From an uncultured virus (IMG/VR IMGVR_UViG_3300025653_000029) (Duplodnaviria > Heunggongvirae > Uroviricota > Caudoviricetes): DNA of 64,000 nt. The stretch lies in the IMG/VR virus record IMGVR_UViG_3300025653_000029, one strand, 5' to 3'. Below, piece after piece: positions 58,280 through 64,000 of this stretch. Each line of letters starts with the position of its first letter. Positions within the stretch are counted from its first letter, which is position 1. A program made the position numbers and the translations under genes. The notes below the pieces were generated by a model. The model saw nothing but the letters and a program-made list of their open reading frames with translations. It did not search any database and was not told where the DNA came from.

Positions 58280-59158
58280 ATGAATTACGAAGAATTCTTA
58301 AAGTTCTGGCTAGAAGAAAGCCAAGGGTTTAATAAATTTACAGATATTCAGAGACTGTCTTCTGGAATATCATCTAATGTTTGTAGAATAGGTAATGCTA
58401 GTGGTGACACACTAATATTAAAATATGCTATATCAGATGACTTTGTGACCAAAAAAAGAATATTCAATCAGTATCAAATACAAAAAACTCTTTATGGTAG
58501 CTTTCCTGTTGCCGAGCCTCTTTACTATAATATTTCTCCATCAATTTTTGAATTTCCTTTTTACATAATGGAAGATATTGAAGGAAGGCCAAGTTACAAT
58601 AGTGAATCAATAATTAATTCGTTTGATATGCTGCATAAGTTACACAGCATGGATCTTGATAAATTTTTAACATCGAAAACCAAGGGTAAAAATAACATAG
58701 GATATAACATACAAAAAATAAACAAACAATGTATTGATAGGTCAGAGTTAGTTCCCATAAATGTAGATCACATACATAAGTGGCTCATGAAAAATTATCC
58801 AGAAGAAAACAAAAATTCAATAGTTCATAATGATTGGAAAATGGACAATATTTTATTTCATAATAATCAGATATCCGCAATACTAGATTGGGAGCTTTTT
58901 GATGTAGGAGATCCTAGAATGGATTTTGGCATAGCAATGTCTTACTGGTCGGATGAGTATTTATGTCCCAAGGAGAAGGTGCTTGATTTATTTATTGATA
59001 AGTATTTTGTAAGTGAAAAAGAGTGGAAATTCTTTGAGGTTTTAGGAATGTTTAGGCTAATTCCCATAGCACAATTAGCACAGATACGATATAATAATAT
59101 GACTATCCAAGATAAAATAAATACGATAGTAGAAAGATGCGAAGGAGCAATAAGATAA
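58280..59158 (+). CDS. APH / ACAD10-11-like phosphotransferase
   Basis: 'LSSGISS' loop, 'LILK', 'FYIMEDIEG', Brenner motif 'VHNDWKMDNILF', 'ILDWE...GDPRMDFG'. Confidence 0.85.
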   Translation: MNYEEFLKFWLEESQGFNKFTDIQRLSSGISSNVCRIGNASGDTLILKYAISDDFVTKKRIFNQYQIQKTLYGSFPVAEPLYYNISPSIFEFPFYIMEDIEGRPSYNSESIINSFDMLHKLHSMDLDKFLTSKTKGKNNIGYNIQKINKQCIDRSELVPINVDHIHKWLMKNYPEENKNSIVHNDWKMDNILFHNNQISAILDWELFDVGDPRMDFGIAMSYWSDEYLCPKEKVLDLFIDKYFVSEKEWKFFEVLGMFRLIPIAQLAQIRYNNMTIQDKINTIVERCEGAIR

Positions 59159-59770
59159 ATGTCAAGGGTTTTATATCAGCCAGTATTAAATCAGGCCATT
59201 AATGATAACTCAGCAATACTTAGGGGCTGCCAAGATAGGCTAGATGCTATGGTTGCCTTTTGTGAAAACAAGTTTGGCTCCTCTCTTTCAGAAAAGTCAT
59301 TTTTAGATATTGGATCTTGTTACGGATTTTTTGTAAATGCATTTAATGGTTTATGCTCAATTGTTACTGGTATTGAGAATGGAAACAAACAATTTAATAT
59401 GACCAGAATATTTTATCCAGACATTTCTTCTCAAATAAACAAAGAAGATTTTACAGAGACAATAGACGGCTACCAAAATTATGACATTGTTTCTCTTTTA
59501 AGCGTATTGCATAGCATAATAATTTCAGATGGTGCCGATCATGCCGCAGAAATTCTAAGAAAAATTGATGCAAAAACAAATGATGTTTTATTTATTGATA
59601 TGGGCCAAGAAAATGAATTAATTTATAACAGCAGTATGAGTGGATGGAATAAAGATTCTATTGCCCAATGGGTACTGAATGAGACAAGTTTTGATGTTTG
59701 TGAACCATTGATTGAAGACTCTGACCCAAGATTTGGAAGAACCCTTTTTGCCTGTTATAGAAATAAGTAA
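59159..59770 (+). CDS. class I SAM-dependent methyltransferase
   Basis: Motif I 'FLDIGSCYGFF', 'GIE', 'YDIVSLLSVLH'. Confidence 0.8.
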   Translation: MSRVLYQPVLNQAINDNSAILRGCQDRLDAMVAFCENKFGSSLSEKSFLDIGSCYGFFVNAFNGLCSIVTGIENGNKQFNMTRIFYPDISSQINKEDFTETIDGYQNYDIVSLLSVLHSIIISDGADHAAEILRKIDAKTNDVLFIDMGQENELIYNSSMSGWNKDSIAQWVLNETSFDVCEPLIEDSDPRFGRTLFACYRNK

Positions 59771-60942
59771 TGAAGCAAGTAATTGGCGGGGAAGACTTAA
59801 TAAATAGTTTTATTTCTCTTAGAGACTCCTGTGATAATGGATATTTTCATTATAGCTATGGCAAAAGAGATGCACTATTAATATTTTCTCCAGAAATTGT
59901 TAATGAGGTCTTAGTAAATAAACAAAACAGTTTTTCTAGAGGGATAGTTTTTCTTAAAATGAAAAACTTTTTTGGCAATGGCTTGATAGTATCAGAAGAT
60001 CCAGAGCACATAACAAACAAAAGAATGCTGCAGGGTAGTTTTAGCAAAAAGATAGTTGATGATTATCAAACAATAATTAATAATGAATGCAATGCAAGCT
60101 TTGAAAACTTAGAAGAAAAAGGCTTCTCGTTGTCAAATTTAGCAGACAAGGTAGCATTTGATTGCGTTGCTAAATGTTTTATTGGAGAAGATGTTCCATC
60201 TGAATATATTTCTGCATACCATGATATATCTTATAAGATATCTAACATTCCTAGACTTGTATTTTCTACTGAAGAAACAATTAATTTTTCGCCTGTTAGA
60301 AACTTTATAAAAGATATTATTTTACAGAGCAATGTACAAGATAACTTACTTTGGTCAATGATTAATTCTGACATGAATACTGATCAAATAACTGATGAAA
60401 TAATAACCATATTAGGTGCTGGATTTGAAACAACAAGTGCTTTGATATCTTGGACACTTATTAATTTGTATAACAATGATGACGTTCTACAAAAATGTAG
60501 AGAAGATGACTCAATGATAGATAAAGCTATTAAAGAAACATTGAGAACAAATCCTCCTGCTTACTTTACAACTAGGACGGCATCAAATGATATAGATTTA
60601 TCTGGCGTAACAATAAAGCAAGGAACAAATATTTTTATATCGCAATATGTTACTCATAGGGATAAAAAATACTATTCAGATCCAGATAATTGGAACCCTG
60701 AAAGATGGAGTAAACAATTTGAAAAAAGCTTGCCCCGTGGAGCATACTTCCCTTTTGGAATGGGGTCTAAAAAATGTATTGGCGAATATTTTTCTATAAT
60801 GGTTGCAAAAACCTTTATTTCATTATTCATTAATAGATATCATTTTGAAATAATTGACAAAAATATTAAACCAAAGTACCTTGTTTCCATGATTCCAGAT
60901 AGCCCTGTGACTACAATCACTAGTAGTTTGTTCGACAAATAA
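59770..60942 (+). CDS. cytochrome P450
   Basis: I-helix 'GAGFETTS', K-helix 'ETLR', meander 'PERW', heme motif 'YFPFGMGSKKCIG'. 390 aa, no frameshifts. Confidence 0.92.
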   Translation: MKQVIGGEDLINSFISLRDSCDNGYFHYSYGKRDALLIFSPEIVNEVLVNKQNSFSRGIVFLKMKNFFGNGLIVSEDPEHITNKRMLQGSFSKKIVDDYQTIINNECNASFENLEEKGFSLSNLADKVAFDCVAKCFIGEDVPSEYISAYHDISYKISNIPRLVFSTEETINFSPVRNFIKDIILQSNVQDNLLWSMINSDMNTDQITDEIITILGAGFETTSALISWTLINLYNNDDVLQKCREDDSMIDKAIKETLRTNPPAYFTTRTASNDIDLSGVTIKQGTNIFISQYVTHRDKKYYSDPDNWNPERWSKQFEKSLPRGAYFPFGMGSKKCIGEYFSIMVAKTFISLFINRYHFEIIDKNIKPKYLVSMIPDSPVTTITSSLFDK

Positions 60943-60960
60943 ACAAAGTCTTGATATAAT
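60932..60960 (+). promoter_or_regulatory. promoter
   Basis: TCGACA-17 bp-TATAAT with TG. Confidence 0.65.
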
Positions 60961-60996
60961 TGAGATATCCCAACAATCCCAAAAGGAGGAATTTAC

Positions 60997-61170
60997 ATGA
61001 AAACACTCATGCGTAAAATTGAGAATCTTTTCACAAACGCCACAAGCGAAGAAGAAAAGTCTCGTCGTGCAATGCACCGTGCATGGATGGTCGAAAGAGA
61101 AAGGGCCGCTAGATATGGCCCCCATCATGTCCAAGAGATTGACGCAATCTTTACTCGCGCAGGACTCTAA
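60997..61170 (+). CDS. 57-aa protein (not in the ORF track) ending EIDAIFTRAGL
   Basis: Own promoter, AAGGAGG RBS, higher GC, followed by a hairpin. Confidence 0.75.
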   Translation: MKTLMRKIENLFTNATSEEEKSRRAMHRAWMVERERAARYGPHHVQEIDAIFTRAGL

Positions 61171-61173
61171 TTA

Positions 61174-61221
61174 TTGACATTTGTCCACACTTCCTGTAAT
61201 ATTGGAGGTGTGGATAAGTCA
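61174..61221 (+). promoter_or_regulatory. promoter/hairpin containing two inverted DnaA-box matches
   Basis: TTGACA-17-TAATAT. TTGTCCACA (61181-61189) and TGTGGATAA (61209-61217) form the arms of a long inverted repeat. Confidence 0.6.
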
Positions 61222-61237
61222 TATTTAGGGAGATTAT

Positions 61238-61420
61238 ATGCTTGACTGCAGAGGCATTCCTACGAGGGAATGCATAAATTGTGGATCAAATCTTTTTACT
61301 GTACAAGTACAATTTGATGAAGCATATGAAATTACCTCGTATCTACTTGACTGCGAGTGTGCTTACTGTCATACTAAGCTAACTGCTCCAACACCGTTGG
61401 ACCTTATAGAAATGGATTAA
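61238..61420 (+). CDS. small Zn-ribbon protein
   Basis: CINCGS...CAYC; GGGAG RBS. Confidence 0.65.
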   Translation: MLDCRGIPTRECINCGSNLFTVQVQFDEAYEITSYLLDCECAYCHTKLTAPTPLDLIEMD

Positions 61421-61421
61421 T

Positions 61422-61913
61422 ATGCAAACCTTTGTTCCGTATGTAGACATGTATGAGTCTGCTTCTGTATTGGATAACAAGCGACTTAATAAACAACTGC
61501 TAGAAGGTCGTCAAATTTATAGCATCCTATCCTCTGGACGTACTAGGGGTGGGTGGGTACGGCATCCAGCGGTACTTATGTGGAAAGGTTATGACAACGC
61601 ACTCTTTGAATATCTCATTGCTATTAAGTATGAATGTGATGAACGCGGCATTAGTACAGAAAAGAATTGGGATGCTATTCAAGAAATGTATGACTGGAAT
61701 TGGGATCGTGGCGACAATATCGTAATGCCTCCGTGGTGGGGAGATGAAAGGATACACGAATCTCATCGCAATAACCTATACATAAAAGACCCAGAATATT
61801 ATGCAGAGTTTCGTAATGCTAATCGTGTAGCATGTTGTGACAAGTGCAATTACTTCTGGCCCACACATACGCTATACTACAATCTAGAAATGGAGCAATT
61901 AATTGAAGCCTAA
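61422..61913 (+). CDS. pyrimidine-dimer DNA glycosylase / endonuclease V-like (MSMEG_6728-like) protein
   Basis: 'MQTFVPY...LDNKRLNKQLLE...HPAVLMWKGY...PPWWG...HESHRNNL..KDPEYY'. Confidence 0.8.
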   Translation: MQTFVPYVDMYESASVLDNKRLNKQLLEGRQIYSILSSGRTRGGWVRHPAVLMWKGYDNALFEYLIAIKYECDERGISTEKNWDAIQEMYDWNWDRGDNIVMPPWWGDERIHESHRNNLYIKDPEYYAEFRNANRVACCDKCNYFWPTHTLYYNLEMEQLIEA

Positions 61914-62100
61914 GAGTGAATACACAGACGAAGACGAGCGTGCCCTGCGTGACCTAGAGAAGGCAATGGATGCCATTCGTAAAGGTGCTGGTGGAAAGGC
62001 TGGAGAGTCTTTAGAGTCAAAGTATGCAGAAGCATACAATAAATGCTATCGAATGGGATTAAAGCAATACAAGCTTGAATGGTGTAAAACCACAAGGTAG
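61903..62100 (+). CDS. hypothetical protein
   Basis: GGAG RBS, overlapping start. Confidence 0.55.
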   Translation: MKPKSEYTDEDERALRDLEKAMDAIRKGAGGKAGESLESKYAEAYNKCYRMGLKQYKLEWCKTTR

Positions 62101-62102
62101 TT

Positions 62103-62561
62103 ATGGATATCTATCAGGAAGTTCTATTCCCTGCGCCAACAGAAAGATACTGTTATGTGTGCAAAAGAATTCTCCCTGAAGAAAACTTTGCTAAAAATGT
62201 TACTAAAACAGACGAGGTAAGGCCTGAATGCCGCGAGTGTGATAATAAACAAAGACGGGAAAGAAAGCAAAGAGAAAAAGAAAGAGATCCAGATGCCTGG
62301 AGAGATAAATACTTGAAGAAAAAGTATGGAATATCTCTTGAAGATTATAACAAAATGGTAACGGAACAAGACGGTCTTTGCTGGATATGTGAGAAAGAAT
62401 CTGATTTGGTTGTAGATCACGATCACGATACAGGAAAAGTCAGGGGACTTTTATGTAGCCTTTGCAATACTTCTCTTGGCGGATTTAAAGACAGTACAGA
62501 TTCATTGTATAAAGCCATTGACTATCTTATTACTCATAATAAAGGCATACAATATTATTAG
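62103..62561 (+). CDS. endonuclease VII-type (His-Me) endonuclease, probably homing-type
   Basis: 'KYGISLEDY...QDGLCWIC...VVDHDHDTGKVRGLLCSLCN..LG.FKD'. Confidence 0.88.
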   Translation: MDIYQEVLFPAPTERYCYVCKRILPEENFAKNVTKTDEVRPECRECDNKQRRERKQREKERDPDAWRDKYLKKKYGISLEDYNKMVTEQDGLCWICEKESDLVVDHDHDTGKVRGLLCSLCNTSLGGFKDSTDSLYKAIDYLITHNKGIQYY

Positions 62562-62562
62562 A

Positions 62563-62778
62563 ATGTTAAAGCCCTGTACAGTATGTGACAAATATATTGC
62601 AATGGCCCCAGAAGAGGACTATGATCTGTGTAGAGAATGCCGTATAAACGAATATAAATGGCGACACAAAATAGCAAAAGAATTGGAAAAAGCTCTTGAC
62701 TCATCGACGCTTTTCGATTATACTTTTACTCGTAAGCAAACAATACTAGACATTGTTAGGAGATACAATGGAATTTGA
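62563..62778 (+). CDS. hypothetical Zn-finger protein
   Basis: MLKPCTVC...CREC. Confidence 0.5.
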   Translation: MLKPCTVCDKYIAMAPEEDYDLCRECRINEYKWRHKIAKELEKALDSSTLFDYTFTRKQTILDIVRRYNGI

Positions 62779-62849
62779 TGTGAAGGACTACACCGACAGT
62801 ATTGACGATTACTTTGAGCAAAAGTTTCAGGACTTGAAGTGACTTTGGC

Positions 62850-62987
62850 ATGAGCGTAATAGTACAAAATAATGAAGAAAAGGCTGCACACTTTGCTTCC
62901 ATAGGATTTATGGACCATGCAAATTATTATGCTACCATGGTACTGATCGAAGAGATCAAAAATCTTAGAAAATCCTTGGAGAAATAA
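62850..62987 (+). CDS. 45-aa hypothetical protein (not in the ORF track)
   Basis: MSVIVQNNEEKAAHF...LRKSLEK. Confidence 0.4.
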   Translation: MSVIVQNNEEKAAHFASIGFMDHANYYATMVLIEEIKNLRKSLEK

Positions 62988-63087
62988 TGTATTGTGGTGC
63001 ATGTCGGGTCTATCATATGGGTATGTGTCGATGAGCGAATGTAAGCATGAGTACGCTATCTGGCGTGGTCGTTATATTTGTGCTGAG

Positions 63088-63118
63088 TGTGGACAAGAAA
63101 AGAATTATGGTGTAGAAT
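63088..63118 (+). promoter_or_regulatory. promoter whose -35 lies within a DnaA-box match
   Basis: TGGACA-17-TAGAAT. TGTGGACAA (reverse complement TTGTCCACA) at 63088-63096. Confidence 0.55.
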
Positions 63119-63154
63119 AGCGCATACGGAAACTGGCGCAAGGAGATACGGGAA

Positions 63155-63436
63155 ATGGCATATTGTAGATTTATAGACGCTGATGCCTATATATATGACG
63201 ATATTTATTATGGCATTATTTGTTGTGCCTGCTCTATGGGAGTAGATGGCAATTTTATTGCAGGCTATGACTACGATCTAATGCTGGCTCACATACAAGA
63301 GCATAGGGAACAAAAAGATTTTATTCCTTTAGATGTAGATGAAAGACTCAAACTTGAAAGAGACTGTACACATGAAAGTGAAGAAACGAAATATGGACAA
63401 GTATGTAAGAAATGTTGGAGGTCTTTAGATGTATGA
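63155..63436 (+). CDS. hypothetical Cys/His-rich protein
   Basis: 'MAYCRF...DAYIY...CCAC...LAHIQEH'; AAGGAG RBS. Confidence 0.6.
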   Translation: MAYCRFIDADAYIYDDIYYGIICCACSMGVDGNFIAGYDYDLMLAHIQEHREQKDFIPLDVDERLKLERDCTHESEETKYGQVCKKCWRSLDV

Positions 63437-63554
63437 CGATCCTATCCCATATGATCAATGTCCCGTCTGCCTTGACCCCATGGACTATTGCCAGGGTCAT
63501 GGAGAAATTGGGGACTACGAGGGCTTTGTTATTTTACAAGAAGAGGATCTATGA
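63429..63554 (+). CDS. 41-aa hypothetical protein (not in the ORF track)
   Basis: MYDDPIPYDQCPVCLDPMDYCQGHG...; GGAGG RBS, overlaps both neighbours. Confidence 0.5.
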   Translation: MYDDPIPYDQCPVCLDPMDYCQGHGEIGDYEGFVILQEEDL

Positions 63555-63799
63555 TCGCTTGGTATTGGTCATGGATTCTTATGTCTGTCAATCTTGCCGC
63601 CATGATTTTGGCAGGTAGAAAGTTGTGGTGGGCTTGGCTAGTAGGTGTTTCTGCTGAGTGCATGTGGCTAATTTATGGTTGGCAAACACAACAATGGGGC
63701 TTTAGTTTTTTTGCTTTTATATTTGGTGCTGTATATTTGAGAAATGCATATAAATGGAAATCAATTCATAAACAACACGATGGAAGAGTAGTAATATAA
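63551..63799 (+). CDS. small membrane protein, half-PnuC/SemiSWEET-like
   Basis: Three TM helices; 'GRKLWWAWLVG...WLIYG...Y..W'. Confidence 0.5.
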   Translation: MIAWYWSWILMSVNLAAMILAGRKLWWAWLVGVSAECMWLIYGWQTQQWGFSFFAFIFGAVYLRNAYKWKSIHKQHDGRVVI

Positions 63800-63966
63800 T
63801 GTCTTTTGAATCGTCGGAAATTTCGGCGGCGGGTGAAAATAGTATACCCATTGGAATAAACGGACATGACATACATTGTAAGGCAAGATATCCACAATTA
63901 ATAAATGTGGAACTATGCCTATGGTGTAATGTTATCCGTACTGTAAGGAATGAATATGAGGCTTAA
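63799..63966 (+). CDS. 55-aa hypothetical protein (not in the ORF track)
   Basis: Coupled TAATG start; H..HC...CxxC. Confidence 0.4.
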   Translation: MSFESSEISAAGENSIPIGINGHDIHCKARYPQLINVELCLWCNVIRTVRNEYEA

Positions 63967-64000
63967 TATCTTTCGTAATTGTACTATAGATGCACAGGTA

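Noticed and set aside
58280..59158. Calling the kinase an antibiotic-resistance gene
   Set aside because: The motifs fit the broad APH/choline-kinase fold, closer to ACAD10/11-like enzymes. Substrate cannot be inferred from sequence.
1..64000. tRNA, rRNA, integrase, or stop-codon reassignment
   Set aside because: No cloverleaf or integrase motifs noticed. Genes are full length under the standard code and use all three stops.

Overview
A 64-kb, AT-rich segment of a large lytic-type siphovirus genome, most likely infecting an actinobacterium (WhiB, DnaE, Rpf-like transglycosylase, many leaderless promoters). The layout resembles large Streptomyces and freshwater actinophages. From left to right: (1) a virion beta-propeller/LamG-like and glycosyltransferase region; (2) a secreted transglycosylase, an AT-rich palindromic gap and a class II ribonucleotide reductase; (3) the head and tail module (portal, protease-scaffold, major capsid, tail tube, -1 frameshifted chaperone, 2714-aa tape measure, minor tail proteins); (4) a replication/recombination module (DnaB, primase, SSB, DnaE, RecA, Cas4-like, RuvC-like); (5) terminase, about 35 kb from the portal; (6) an accessory arm. 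The most striking element is a tightly coupled three-gene operon at 58280-60942 encoding an APH/ACAD10-like kinase, a SAM methyltransferase and an apparently intact cytochrome P450, which is very unusual in a phage. Also notable are back-to-back leaderless promoters, DnaA-box matches inside right-arm promoters, and a repeat-bounded cargo segment in the tape measure. I saw no tRNA, rRNA, CRISPR array, integrase or intein. All functional calls come from motif recognition and synteny, without database searches.
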